From Chthoniobacteraceae bacterium (GTDB taxonomy: Bacteria; Verrucomicrobiota; Verrucomicrobiia; Chthoniobacterales; Chthoniobacteraceae), in contig JBBCKI010000002.1 of assembly GCA_037190965.1 (NCBI GenBank), positions 82,543-146,542 on the forward strand: a stretch of DNA of 64,000 nucleotides, in the 5' to 3' direction. This document shows positions 1 through 9,600 of the stretch, one piece after another. The translations under genes and the position numbers were made by a program. Under the pieces are notes generated by a model. The model searched no databases. It was not told where the DNA came from and saw only the letters and a program-made list of their open reading frames with translations. Each line of letters begins with the position of its first letter. Position 1 is the first letter of the stretch.

Positions 1-1
1 G

Positions 2-865
2 TTGGATTGGACGCATCTGCAGTGCGACTTGATCTGGATCTATGATGGTCCCGTGCGGATGGATCACCTCTTCCTGAAGGAGTTCATGCCGGGACAATCC
101 GCGCTCCTGATTCGAGAAGGCGATGTCGAGGTTTCCACCGAGCGCGGAACAACTTCCGCCAAAGCCGGGGAATGGATCTTCCTCAACGAGGGAAGCCGTA
201 TGCAGAAGTTCTCGCCTCACTCGCAGATCCTTTCCATCCGGTTTCATTGCACGTGGCCGGGACGTCGTCCGCTCTTCGATTGGGATGTCGCCGTCGTGGT
301 TCCTTCGGCGGATATGCCGGAGTTGGAGGAGTGTGCCAAGGAACTGGAGCAACTGGTGGTGGAGATGTTTCCCACCGCCCGGCTGGAGCTAAAAAATGCG
401 TTAAGCGGGATCGGCAACTACCTGGAAGTGCAGCGCCTCTATATGCGCTGGGTTCAGATCTATGCGGAAACACTCTTCGCCAAAGGTTGCTGCCTCTCTC
501 TTTTTGAGGTGGTTGATCCACGCATCCTCCGCGCCATTCAGTTGATGGATCATCACTCGCTTGAGCAACCATTTCGGGAAGCAAATCTCGCCCGGCAGGT
601 CAATTTGAGCACGAGCCGACTCGGGAAGCTGTTTATCCGGCAATATGGAATTTCGCCATGCCGCTATTTTGAGCGGAGGCGGTTTGAAGAAGCCATCGTG
701 CGGGTAAGAACCACGACAGCCCCGTTGAAGGCGATTGCCCAGGAGCTTGGGTTTAGTTCGCTGCCGCACTTTTCATCCTGGTTCCGGCGAAAGGCACGAA
801 TTTCCCCAAACGATCTGCGAAAGAAGATTCTATCGCCTGCAACAACTACGGAATCGTCAGATTGA
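2..865 (+). CDS. AraC family transcriptional regulator (5' end may lie outside the window)
   Basis: C-terminal double HTH (LARQVNLSTSRLGKLF...IAQELGFSSLPHFSSWFRR) and cupin-like N-terminus. Confidence 0.9.
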   Translation: MDWTHLQCDLIWIYDGPVRMDHLFLKEFMPGQSALLIREGDVEVSTERGTTSAKAGEWIFLNEGSRMQKFSPHSQILSIRFHCTWPGRRPLFDWDVAVVVPSADMPELEECAKELEQLVVEMFPTARLELKNALSGIGNYLEVQRLYMRWVQIYAETLFAKGCCLSLFEVVDPRILRAIQLMDHHSLEQPFREANLARQVNLSTSRLGKLFIRQYGISPCRYFERRRFEEAIVRVRTTTAPLKAIAQELGFSSLPHFSSWFRRKARISPNDLRKKILSPATTTESSD

Positions 866-1232
866 GAACCAACTTCTGGGTGGAATGCTGCTTATCGTCA
901 GTCACGACTGTCAATCTCCGGGCCTGCACCCCGCTCATCTTGGCGTGATTGAACACGGCCTCGATCACACCCGCATCCCCGGGTTGATAGACGACCTTGT
1001 CGGCTTCAGCCCGGAAGCAGCCGCAGCAGGACCGGATGTTCTTGATCTTGACCGGATAACTTCCGGCGTTTTTGAAGATAAACTTCACCGTCGTCTGGTT
1101 GCTCCCGGCTTCCGCCTTGAGATCCAGATCAGGCTTCTCCCAGGCCAACTGCGCCTGCGCCGAGGCCGCAAAACCGAGGAAAAGGACTGATGCCGCCAAC
1201 GCAAAAGGAACCGAAAATTTGAGCTTGCTCAT
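846..1232 (-). CDS. DUF1573-like secreted Ig-fold protein
   Basis: Signal peptide, then FxFKNxG...SCCGC...PG pattern; ATG at 1232 chosen. Confidence 0.7.
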   Translation of the reverse strand: MSKLKFSVPFALAASVLFLGFAASAQAQLAWEKPDLDLKAEAGSNQTTVKFIFKNAGSYPVKIKNIRSCCGCFRAEADKVVYQPGDAGVIEAVFNHAKMSGVQARRLTVVTDDKQHSTQKLVLNLTIP

Positions 1233-1301
1233 AAGATTCTTGTTCACCCGGTTCGCCTTTGGCGACAAGCCAAATACCGATCCCGCACCCTGATCAAAAG
1301 C

Positions 1302-2201
1302 TCAGCGTTTCCACTGCTCGAACGGGTGCGCCTGCCCGCAATCAGGGCACGCAGTACCGGCAAACACCCGCTCGCAGGCAGGGCAGGCTCCGCCGGTTTC
1401 AAAAGTGTCGAAGGGCTCCTGACAATCTCCACAGGTCCACAAGGCCGCGCGCGGCGGGTGAACGCGACAGCCGGGACAACTGAAGCTGTTATGCCGGGGC
1501 CATGATTCAGCCCGCGCAAGAGCCTTGGCTTCCTGAAAACCATTCCATGACCGGCTGAGAGCAAAGAACGCGAGGATGCCAATCCAGGGGGACATCTCAT
1601 AAAGAGCCCACGCAATGAAGCCTGCACTCCCAAGCAGCCCGATGGCGCTCGCCACCGTCAAGCTCTTGGCGCGGCCCAAGGGAAACCAGAGAAGAGCGCG
1701 AAGGATCTGCCCGCCGTCGAGCGGGTAAATCGGCAGCATGTTGAAGATCAACAACACCGTGTTGATCAGTTGAAGCCGGGTGATGAGCTGGTAAGTCGCG
1801 GGAGCATCCCCCGGCAACCCGAAGCTTTTCGCGAGCGCAACCAGCACGAGAAAGACCGGCACCAGCACCAGATTGACGAGAGGACCCGCCGCGATGCTCC
1901 AGAGGATCGGGCCGGGACGCGGGGGTGGGCTGACGTAGGCGACGCCGCCCAATGGCCAGAGGATGATCTCCCGGGCGGAGCCCCCCACCTGGCGGCATGC
2001 GAGGGAGTGCCCGAACTCGTGCATCAGCACCAGCCCGAAAAGCCCGATATACTCCGCCGCGGCCCAGATCAGCGAACCCGAGTAGGCGGAACGGCGGTCG
2101 AGCTGCCAGGCGGCAACGAGAAACCACGACCAGTGGAGGAAGACAGTGATCCCGAAGGCATCAAAGAGACGATACGAGTTACGGGAGCCGGGAGCCATCA
2201 T
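1302..2201 (-). CDS. M50 (site-2) intramembrane metalloprotease with C-terminal four-CxxC domain
   Basis: HEFGH and NMLPIYPLDGG motifs, TM helices; CPGC, CGDC, CPAC, CPDC at the C-terminus. Confidence 0.9.
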   Translation of the reverse strand: MMAPGSRNSYRLFDAFGITVFLHWSWFLVAAWQLDRRSAYSGSLIWAAAEYIGLFGLVLMHEFGHSLACRQVGGSAREIILWPLGGVAYVSPPPRPGPILWSIAAGPLVNLVLVPVFLVLVALAKSFGLPGDAPATYQLITRLQLINTVLLIFNMLPIYPLDGGQILRALLWFPLGRAKSLTVASAIGLLGSAGFIAWALYEMSPWIGILAFFALSRSWNGFQEAKALARAESWPRHNSFSCPGCRVHPPRAALWTCGDCQEPFDTFETGGACPACERVFAGTACPDCGQAHPFEQWKR

Positions 2202-2276
2202 TTATCACGATATAGTAACTGAATTGGAAGTCGAAAACTGTTCGCATTTCGCCGGAGTTCATCTTAGCCTGAGCGC

Positions 2277-2882
2277 ATGAAACACGGCAAACTTATCGCA
2301 TTGACGTTCTTGACGGCGGTTTCGGCTCACCTGGCACTCCCAGCGTCGGCTCTCGCCGCGCCCGAGACTTACGAGATCGACTCGGCCCACTCAAGCATCG
2401 GTTTCAAGGTGAAGCACCTTTTCTCCTACGTCACCGGGCGCTTTGACACCGTGGAGGGTGTCATCGTCCTCGACCCCGATAAGCCAGAGGCCTCCACGGT
2501 TAACGTGAGCATCAAGGCCGACAGCATCAACACCGCCAACGCCAAACGCGACGCTCACCTCAAAACGGAGGATTTCTTCGCCGTCGAGAAACACCCGGTC
2601 CTCACCTTCGCCAGCAAGAGCGTGCAGAAGACCGGGGATGACACCGCCGACGTGATTGGCGACCTGACGATGCACGGCGTCACCAAGGAGGTGCCGCTCA
2701 AGGTGCAGTTCCTCGGCAAAGGCCCCGGCATGCAGGGCGAAACCCGTAGCGGCTTCCAGGCCACCACGTCGCTCAAGCGGAGCGAATTCGGCCTGACCTG
2801 GGGCAAGGTGGTCGAAGGCACCCAACTGGTGGGCGACGACGTGATCATCAACCTCGAAGTCGAGGGCGTCAAAAAACCTTAA
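2277..2882 (+). CDS. YceI family polyisoprenoid-binding protein
   Basis: Signal peptide; IDSAHSSIGF, RDAHL, GDLTMHGVTK motifs. Confidence 0.95.
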   Translation: MKHGKLIALTFLTAVSAHLALPASALAAPETYEIDSAHSSIGFKVKHLFSYVTGRFDTVEGVIVLDPDKPEASTVNVSIKADSINTANAKRDAHLKTEDFFAVEKHPVLTFASKSVQKTGDDTADVIGDLTMHGVTKEVPLKVQFLGKGPGMQGETRSGFQATTSLKRSEFGLTWGKVVEGTQLVGDDVIINLEVEGVKKP

Positions 2883-2929
2883 TTTTTCCCAAAAACAACC
2901 TGACGATAACTGACGAACCTTAAAAAACG

Positions 2930-3757
2930 ATGGCTTCTGATTTGTTTGATCTGACCGGCGAAGTGGCAGTGGTAATCGGCGCGACGGGGGTGCTTGGCGG
3001 GGCATTGGCCGAAGGGCTGGCCCGCGCGGGTGCCCGCGTGGCCGTTCTGGGCCGCAACGCGGAGCGCGGCAATGCGTGCGTGCAGAGGATTACGCAATGC
3101 GCCCCTGCCGACGGCGGAGAACGGGCGCGCTTCTTTGCAGCCGACGCGGCCGATCGCGCAAGCCTCGCGGCGGCTCGCGAGGCGGTGGAAGCCGCCTTCG
3201 GCCCTGTCACGGTGCTCGTCAACGCGGCGGGCGGCAATGATCCCAAGGTGACCGTCACGCCCGAGCGGCCTTTCGAAACCATCGAGGCGGGCGACTGGAA
3301 AGCGGCCTTCGACCTCAACCTCGTCGGCGGCGCGCTGCTGCCGTGCCAGGAGTTTGGCCCCGCGATGGTCAAACAAGGCAAGGGAAGCATCATCAATATC
3401 GCCAGCGTTTCCGCACATCTTCCGCTGTCCCGGGTGGTGGCGTATTCGTCGGCAAAGGCAGCGGTACTTAACCTCACTCAGTTCCTCTCCCGCGAATGGG
3501 CGCAGAGCGGCGTCCGGGTCAATTCGATCACCCCGGGGTTCTTCCCAGCGGAACAGAATCGCCGCCTTCTCTTCAACGAAGACGGCACCCCGACGCCGCG
3601 CGCGCAGTCGATCCTCGGGCACACGCCCGCGGGCCGCTTCGGCGAGGCGCAGGAATTGATCGGCGCGGCCGTCTTTCTCGCCAGCCAGCGAGCGAGCGGT
3701 TTTGTGACCGGCATCGACCTCCGGGTTGACGGCGGTTTCCTCTCGCAGACGATCTAA
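2930..3757 (+). CDS. SDR oxidoreductase, D-mannonate oxidoreductase (UxuB)-like
   Basis: GATGVLG, YSSAK catalytic motif; PGFFPAEQNRxLLxNEDGxxTxR segment resembles SDR-type UxuB. Confidence 0.8.
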   Translation: MASDLFDLTGEVAVVIGATGVLGGALAEGLARAGARVAVLGRNAERGNACVQRITQCAPADGGERARFFAADAADRASLAAAREAVEAAFGPVTVLVNAAGGNDPKVTVTPERPFETIEAGDWKAAFDLNLVGGALLPCQEFGPAMVKQGKGSIINIASVSAHLPLSRVVAYSSAKAAVLNLTQFLSREWAQSGVRVNSITPGFFPAEQNRRLLFNEDGTPTPRAQSILGHTPAGRFGEAQELIGAAVFLASQRASGFVTGIDLRVDGGFLSQTI

Positions 3758-3788
3758 TCCGATCCAATCCCCTTCCCCACCCATCCCC

Positions 3789-5066
3789 ATGTCCGTTATC
3801 TCCCGCACCTCGACAACGTCCGTTACCGCCGAAGAAACCGCCTCCGCGATTGCCGAAGCGTTTCCCGCCAAGGACTTCCGCGACAAACGTGTATTGGTCA
3901 TCATCCCCGATGCGACACGCACCGCGCCCGTCGGTCTTCTGTTTGCCACGCTGCACCGGCAGATCGCCGCCGCAACGAGCGCGTTCGACATCATGATCGC
4001 GCTCGGCACGCATGCGCCGATGAGCGAGGCGGCCATTTGCGAACGGCTGGAGATTTCGCGCGAGGAACGCAGTTCGACCTATTCCAAGGTACAGTTCTTC
4101 AACCACGAATGGGACAACCCCGAGGCGCTGCGCGATCTCGGCACCATTCCGGCATCGGAGATCAACGAACTCTCGGGCGGGCTGTTCGCGATGGATGTGC
4201 CGGTGCATATCAACAAGCGGCTCTTCGATTACGACCAGATCGTCATCATCGGCCCGGTGTTCCCGCATGAAGTCGTCGGCTGCTCGGGCGGCAACAAGTA
4301 CCTCTTCCCCGGCGTTTCCGGGCCGGAGATCCTGAACTTCTTCCACTGGCTGGGCGCGGTGATCACCAACCCGATGATCATCGGAAACAAGTGGACCCCC
4401 GTGCGCCGCGTCGTGGATCGCGCCGCCGCGATGGTCGACATCCCGAAGCTCTGCTGCTCGATGGTGGTCAACAAGACCGGCTTTGCGGGGCTCTTCATCG
4501 GCACGCCGGAGGAGTCGTGGGATCAGGCCAGCGAACTCTCCCGCGAGCTTCACATCGTTTACAAGGAGAAGCCCTTCCACACGATTCTCTCCTGCGCCCC
4601 CGCGATGTACGACGAGCTTTGGGTCGGCGGCAAATGCATGTACAAGCTCGAACCGGTGCTGGCCGACGGCGGCGAACTGATCATCTACGCGCCGCACATC
4701 AAAGAGATCTCCGTGGTGCATGGAAAACTGATCGAAGAGATCGGCTACCCTTGCCGCGACTACTTCCTCAAGCAGTGGGACAAGTATAAAGACTACCCAT
4801 GGGGCGTGGTGGCGCACTCCACCCACGTTCACGGCGTGGGGACTTATGAAAACGGCGTGGAGAAACGCCGCGCAATGGTGACCCTGGCGACCGGCATCCC
4901 GAAAGAGATCTGCGAGAAGGTGAACTTCGGCTATCGCGATCCCGCCACGATCCGCATGGAAGACTATGCCAATCGGGAGGACGAAGGCGTTCTCCTTGTG
5001 CCGAAGGCGGGCGAGATGCTCTACCAGCTCAGAGAGCCCGCGCCGTGGGCCAAGGGGAGCAACTAG
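3789..5066 (+). CDS. LarA-family nickel-pincer racemase/epimerase (candidate gluconate/mannonate 2-epimerase)
   Basis: PDATRT, ALGTH, PHEVVGCSGGNK motifs; ATG at 3789; lies between SDR and gluconokinase. Confidence 0.85.
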   Translation: MSVISRTSTTSVTAEETASAIAEAFPAKDFRDKRVLVIIPDATRTAPVGLLFATLHRQIAAATSAFDIMIALGTHAPMSEAAICERLEISREERSSTYSKVQFFNHEWDNPEALRDLGTIPASEINELSGGLFAMDVPVHINKRLFDYDQIVIIGPVFPHEVVGCSGGNKYLFPGVSGPEILNFFHWLGAVITNPMIIGNKWTPVRRVVDRAAAMVDIPKLCCSMVVNKTGFAGLFIGTPEESWDQASELSRELHIVYKEKPFHTILSCAPAMYDELWVGGKCMYKLEPVLADGGELIIYAPHIKEISVVHGKLIEEIGYPCRDYFLKQWDKYKDYPWGVVAHSTHVHGVGTYENGVEKRRAMVTLATGIPKEICEKVNFGYRDPATIRMEDYANREDEGVLLVPKAGEMLYQLREPAPWAKGSN

Positions 5067-5113
5067 CTCGTGACCAGAGGGACGACTCACGTCGAGAGGA
5101 AAGGCATAGGCGA

Positions 5114-5259
5114 GCGCCTTCGGCGTTACCGGCGTCGCGGAGCTCCGCCCTCCGTCGATGGCGCTACCGCGCCAGTCTTCCACCCTCGTCCTGCGCGCGC
5201 TTGTCGCGCGATTCACCGGAGGGCGGAGCTCTGCGACGCCGCCCTTGGCCGCAGGCCCT
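5114..5259. repeat. REPIN-like family C, copy C1
   Basis: Inverted arms CGGCGTCGCGGAGCTCCGCCCTCC / GGAGGGCGGAGCTCTGCGACGCCG; homologous to 49441-49588 and 62843-62922. Confidence 0.85.
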
Positions 5260-5292
5260 CTTCTTTGTCTTTAAACATACCCCACTAGCGAC

Positions 5293-6750
5293 ATGGATCT
5301 GATTCTTGCCTTCGACATCGGCACTTCGTCACTGCGCACTTCGCTCTTTACCTCGAATGCCGAGCGGCTGGTGCATACCACGGCGCAGGAAACCTATCCC
5401 CTTCACACCACACCCGACGGCGGGGCGGAGCTTACCCCCGCCCTCCTTCGCGAAGCGGCACTCCGTTGCCTGGAGGCGACGCTGCACACGCTGCGCCATG
5501 ATAAATCATTGGCCGGGGCGCGGGTGGTGGGAATCGGCGCGTCGTGTTTCTGGCACAGCTTTGTCGGCATCGCCAGGGATAATACCGCCATCACGCCCGT
5601 GATTACATGGGCCGATTCCCGCTGCAAGGGAGACGCGGCGGCGTTGCGCGAAGAGTTTGACGAACGCGACACCCATGCCCGCACCGGGTGCATGTTGCGC
5701 GCCTCCTTCTGGCCCGCCAAGCTCGTCTGGTTGCAACGCGCGAAGCCGTCGCTTTTCAAAAAAGTACGCGAATGGATTTCCCCGGCGGAATGGCTCCAGC
5801 GCGAGCTTTGCGGCGAGGCGTTTTGCGCCTACGGCATGGCGACCGGCACCGGTCTTTTCAACCCGACCAAACTGGCATGGGTCCCCGGTCTGCTGGAACG
5901 CTGCCGCGTTACACCGGATCAGTTGGGGCAGCTCGGCGATACGCCCACGGAACTCCAGCCTGCGTGGGCGGCAAAGTTTCCCGAACTCGCGGGCGTTCCA
6001 TGGTTCCCGGCCATCGGCGACGGCGCGGCAAGCAATCTCGGTTCCGGGGCGACAAGGCCCGGTCTCGCGGCGATCAACGTCGGCACCAGCGCCGCCCTTC
6101 GCGTCATGACGGAAGGAAGCCGCGCCCGCGCGCCGTTTGGCCTCTTCTGCTACCGGGTGGACGCCACGCGCTTCCTGATCGGCGGCGCGGTGAGCAACGC
6201 GGGAAACCTCCGGGCATGGTGCCTGAGGGAACTGCAACTCCCCACCGACGCGGTGGAAATCGAGCGAGAACTCCAGGCCCGTTCGCGCCCGGAACATGGC
6301 CTTACCGTTCTTCCGTTCTGGACGGCGGAACGCGCTCCCACCTGGCGCGACGATGTGCAGGGTGCTGTCGCGGGCCTCACCCAAAGCACCACAGCCATGG
6401 ATATTCTCCAGGCGACAACGGAAGCCGTCTACTATCGTATCGCCCGCATCGCGGAAATGGTGATGAAACACGAGGGCTCGCAGCCGAAGTTCATTGTCTC
6501 CGGCGGTATCCAGAAATCGCCGGCCTCCATCGCGCGGCTGGCGAACATTCTCGACGCGCCGCTTTACGCCAACGACGAAGCCGAAGCCTCCATCCGGGGC
6601 GCGGCGGTTTTCGTGGCGGAGAAACTCGGGCTCTCCATCCCTCCCTTCAAAAACGGCAGGCCGGTGAAACCAAACCGGCGCAACGCCGCCGTTTACCGCG
6701 AACATCGTGCGACCCAGGAGAAGCTGGAGAGCTTGCTGACCGGGGCGTAG
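5293..6750 (+). CDS. gntK: Gluconokinase, FGGY family
   Basis: DIGTSS, TWADSR, GDGAASNLG, VGTSAALR, ERAP motifs typical of FGGY gluconokinases. Confidence 0.8.
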   Translation: MDLILAFDIGTSSLRTSLFTSNAERLVHTTAQETYPLHTTPDGGAELTPALLREAALRCLEATLHTLRHDKSLAGARVVGIGASCFWHSFVGIARDNTAITPVITWADSRCKGDAAALREEFDERDTHARTGCMLRASFWPAKLVWLQRAKPSLFKKVREWISPAEWLQRELCGEAFCAYGMATGTGLFNPTKLAWVPGLLERCRVTPDQLGQLGDTPTELQPAWAAKFPELAGVPWFPAIGDGAASNLGSGATRPGLAAINVGTSAALRVMTEGSRARAPFGLFCYRVDATRFLIGGAVSNAGNLRAWCLRELQLPTDAVEIERELQARSRPEHGLTVLPFWTAERAPTWRDDVQGAVAGLTQSTTAMDILQATTEAVYYRIARIAEMVMKHEGSQPKFIVSGGIQKSPASIARLANILDAPLYANDEAEASIRGAAVFVAEKLGLSIPPFKNGRPVKPNRRNAAVYREHRATQEKLESLLTGA

Positions 6751-6775
6751 AATTACGCCCCGTTCCCTTCCTCGC

Positions 6776-8113
6776 TTATTCGGCGGCCAGTTCCGCGGCC
6801 GCTTTTCTCATCCGTCTCACCGTCCGCTCGCGTCCGAGCACTTCCAGCATGTGGTAAAGGCTCGGGCCGACGGAGCGGCCGCTGACGGAGACGCGAGTAG
6901 GGTGGATCAGTTCGCCCGTCTTGACGCCCAGTTCCACGGCGGTCGCCTTGAGGGTCGCCTCTAGCGCTTCCACCGTCCAAGCGTCCAGCGCCTCGTAACG
7001 GGCCGCCAGCGCGTTGAGCCGCCCGGCCGCTCCCGGCTTGCGCAAAGTTTTCTCCACTGCTTCCGCGTCGAACTCCACCGCGTCGGAGAAGAAATAGCCG
7101 ATCCATGCCGGAACTTCGTTCAAGTGCTTGATCTTCTCCTTTACGATCGCCAGCACCGGCTTGAGCGCGTCGGGCGAGCCGTAGGCAATCCCCGCCTTGT
7201 CGATGAAGGGGAGGCTCAATTCGGCGAACCGGTCGAGGCTCATCTGGAGGAGATACTGACCGTTGATCCAGTAGCACTTATCAAGATCGAAAGAGGCGCT
7301 GCGCCGGTTGATCTTGGGAAGGTCGAAGAGGGAGATGATCTCGTCGATGTCGAGAACCTCGCGGTTATCCTTGGGCGACCAGCCGAGCAGGCAGAGGTAA
7401 TTGCGAACCGCCTCGGGTGCATACCCCTGCTCAATATACCCCGCGATGGAGGCCCCCTGGTCGCGCTTGCTCATCTTGGAGCCGTCGCGATTGAGAATCA
7501 GCGGGATATGCGCAAAGCGGGGCGGCTCCACGCCGAGAGCCTGATAAAGCTCGATATGCTTCGGCGTGTTGGAGAGGTGATCCTCGCCGCGAATCACGTG
7601 CGTCATCTTCATCTCGATGTCGTCGACGACGTTGACGAAGTGGAAAATCCACCCCCCGTCCGGACGGCGGATGGTGATGTCCGGGTGCGTCATCGGGTTG
7701 GAGAGGTCGAAGGAAATCTTCCCGCAAACGAGATCTTCCAGCACGACCGTCTTCCGGGGTGAGCGGAAACGCCATGCGCCACCATCCTCATAAAGATGCC
7801 CGGCGGCTTTGAGCTGCTCGAAATAGCGGAGATAGACCGCCTCGCGCTCGCTCTGAAAATAGGGGCCGTACTCGCCCTCGTTCTCCAACTGGGGGCCTTC
7901 ATCCCAGTCGAGCCCCAGCCAACGGAGCCCGTCGTAAATCGCCTGGGTGGCTTCCACCGTGTTGCGCGCCTTGTCGGTATCCTCAATGCGCAAGATGAAC
8001 TTGCCCCCGGTGTGCCGGGCGTAAAGCCAGTTGAACAGCGCGGTACGGGCGCCACCCACATGAAGGTAGCCGGTGGGCGAAGGGGCGAAGCGAACACGAA
8101 CGTTGGAACTCAT
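6776..8113 (-). CDS. gltX: Glutamate--tRNA ligase
   Basis: RFAPSPTGYLHVGG, LRIEDTD, KMSKR; ATG at 8113. Confidence 0.97.
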   Translation of the reverse strand: MSSNVRVRFAPSPTGYLHVGGARTALFNWLYARHTGGKFILRIEDTDKARNTVEATQAIYDGLRWLGLDWDEGPQLENEGEYGPYFQSEREAVYLRYFEQLKAAGHLYEDGGAWRFRSPRKTVVLEDLVCGKISFDLSNPMTHPDITIRRPDGGWIFHFVNVVDDIEMKMTHVIRGEDHLSNTPKHIELYQALGVEPPRFAHIPLILNRDGSKMSKRDQGASIAGYIEQGYAPEAVRNYLCLLGWSPKDNREVLDIDEIISLFDLPKINRRSASFDLDKCYWINGQYLLQMSLDRFAELSLPFIDKAGIAYGSPDALKPVLAIVKEKIKHLNEVPAWIGYFFSDAVEFDAEAVEKTLRKPGAAGRLNALAARYEALDAWTVEALEATLKATAVELGVKTGELIHPTRVSVSGRSVGPSLYHMLEVLGRERTVRRMRKAAAELAAE

Positions 8114-8197
8114 AGGAACCCGCAATCTTGCACGAGACTCCGCGCTTTTTCACCCCTGATTTTCGGATATTTTACGCTCAAAATTACCCACACCGGC

Positions 8198-8225
8198 TTG
8201 CACTTTTGTAACCGGCATCTAGGAT
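8198..8225 (+). promoter_or_regulatory. Putative sigma70 promoter of hisC
   Basis: TTGCAC-16 nt-TAGGAT, ending 12 nt before the ATG. Confidence 0.6.
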
Positions 8226-8237
8226 GCGGCGAATTTT

Positions 8238-9338
8238 ATGTCCATCTGGAACTACGCCAACCCGCAGCTTCGTGAACTGATCTCCTACGAACCGGGTAAA
8301 CCGGTGGAGGATGTGGCCCGCGAACTGGGGCTCAAGCCTTCGGAAATCATCAAGCTCGCTTCCAACGAAAACCCGCTGGGCCCCTCGCCCAAGGCGCTGG
8401 AAGCCATGCGCGAGGCACTGGAGCGTTCCCACTTTTACCCGGATGGCGGCGGCTACTACCTGCGCGAAGCCATCGCGCAGAAGTTCGATCTCAAGCGCGA
8501 GAACGTCATCCTCGGCAACGGCTCGAACGAAATCATCGAATTTATCGGCAAAGGCTTCCTGAAACCGGGGGACGAGATCGTCACCGCGCGGCACTCTTTT
8601 GCCGTCTACAAGCTGATGGCCCAGCTCTTCGGCGCGAGAACCATCGAGGTGGACGACCCGCATTTCACGCATGACCTCACTGCCATGGCGGCCGCGATCA
8701 CCCCGCGCACGAAGGAAGTTTTCGTCGCCAACCCCAACAACCCGACCGGCACCCTCGTCTCCCAAGCGGAGATCGACCGGTTTGTGGACCGCGTGCCGGA
8801 GCATGTGGTGATCGTCTTCGACGAGGCGTACTACGAGTTCCTCGACACCCCGCCGGACACTCTCAAGTTCATCCGCCAGGGCCGCCCCAACATCATTGTC
8901 TTGCGGACTTTCTCGAAGATTCAAGGGCTGGCCAGCCTTCGCATCGGCTACGGTCTCGGGAGCCCGGAGCTGGTTGATGTCCTCCAGAAGACACGCCAGC
9001 CCTTCAACGCCAACGGCATTGCCCAGGCGGGAGCTTTGGCCGGGTTGCTCGACGACGAGCACCAGCGCGCGACCCGCGAGTTGACCCACGAAGGACGCGA
9101 CTACCTGCAAAGGAGCTTTGCCTCCCTGGGGCTCAAATTCGTCCCCAGCCAGGCGAATTTCGTGCTCGTCAAAGTCGGCGACGGCAAGGCGCTTTTCCAG
9201 GCGCTGCTCAAACGCGGTGTAATCGTGCGCGACATGAATTCCTACGGCCTCCCCGAGTGGATCCGCGTCTCCATCGGCACGATGGAGCAGAACCGCCGTT
9301 TCATCCGGGAACTGAATCTGGTCCTCGGGTCGGCGTAA
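8238..9338 (+). CDS. hisC: Histidinol-phosphate aminotransferase
   Basis: YEPGKP, KLASNENPLG, NPNNPTG, DEAY, RTFSK (PLP lysine). Confidence 0.95.
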   Translation: MSIWNYANPQLRELISYEPGKPVEDVARELGLKPSEIIKLASNENPLGPSPKALEAMREALERSHFYPDGGGYYLREAIAQKFDLKRENVILGNGSNEIIEFIGKGFLKPGDEIVTARHSFAVYKLMAQLFGARTIEVDDPHFTHDLTAMAAAITPRTKEVFVANPNNPTGTLVSQAEIDRFVDRVPEHVVIVFDEAYYEFLDTPPDTLKFIRQGRPNIIVLRTFSKIQGLASLRIGYGLGSPELVDVLQKTRQPFNANGIAQAGALAGLLDDEHQRATRELTHEGRDYLQRSFASLGLKFVPSQANFVLVKVGDGKALFQALLKRGVIVRDMNSYGLPEWIRVSIGTMEQNRRFIRELNLVLGSA

Positions 9339-9358
9339 CCGAACGTCCATCGGCGATT

Positions 9359-9524
9359 GGTAGACCGCTCTCGCCGAGAGCGTGGGATTGATGATGAGCC
9401 ACGTTTGACGCTCATCCCCGCCGGACGGGCCGAACGGGCTACTGCGATTGGGATGTGGCCTCATGAAGCATCGGAAGCTGATACCCGCGCTCGACGGCGC
9501 GAGCGGGCTACCGGTGCTGCCGCA
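9359..9524 (+). repeat. GTAG-type REPIN-like family A, copy A1
   Basis: GGTAG+palindrome ... palindrome+CTACC, conserved spacer and tail; 8 copies in the window. Confidence 0.92.
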
Positions 9525-9558
9525 TCCGTTACTCCGGCCCAAACCTTCAGAAATTTTT

Positions 9559-9600
9559 CATTTACATTTGTAATCAATTCAACGATTACAAATGTAAATG
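9559..9600. promoter_or_regulatory. Double BlaI/MecI/CopY-type operator (two TACA-NN-TGTA boxes)
   Basis: TACATTTGTA at 9563-9572 and TACAAATGTA at 9587-9596, inside a perfect 17-bp inverted repeat that reaches the ATG. Confidence 0.88.
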
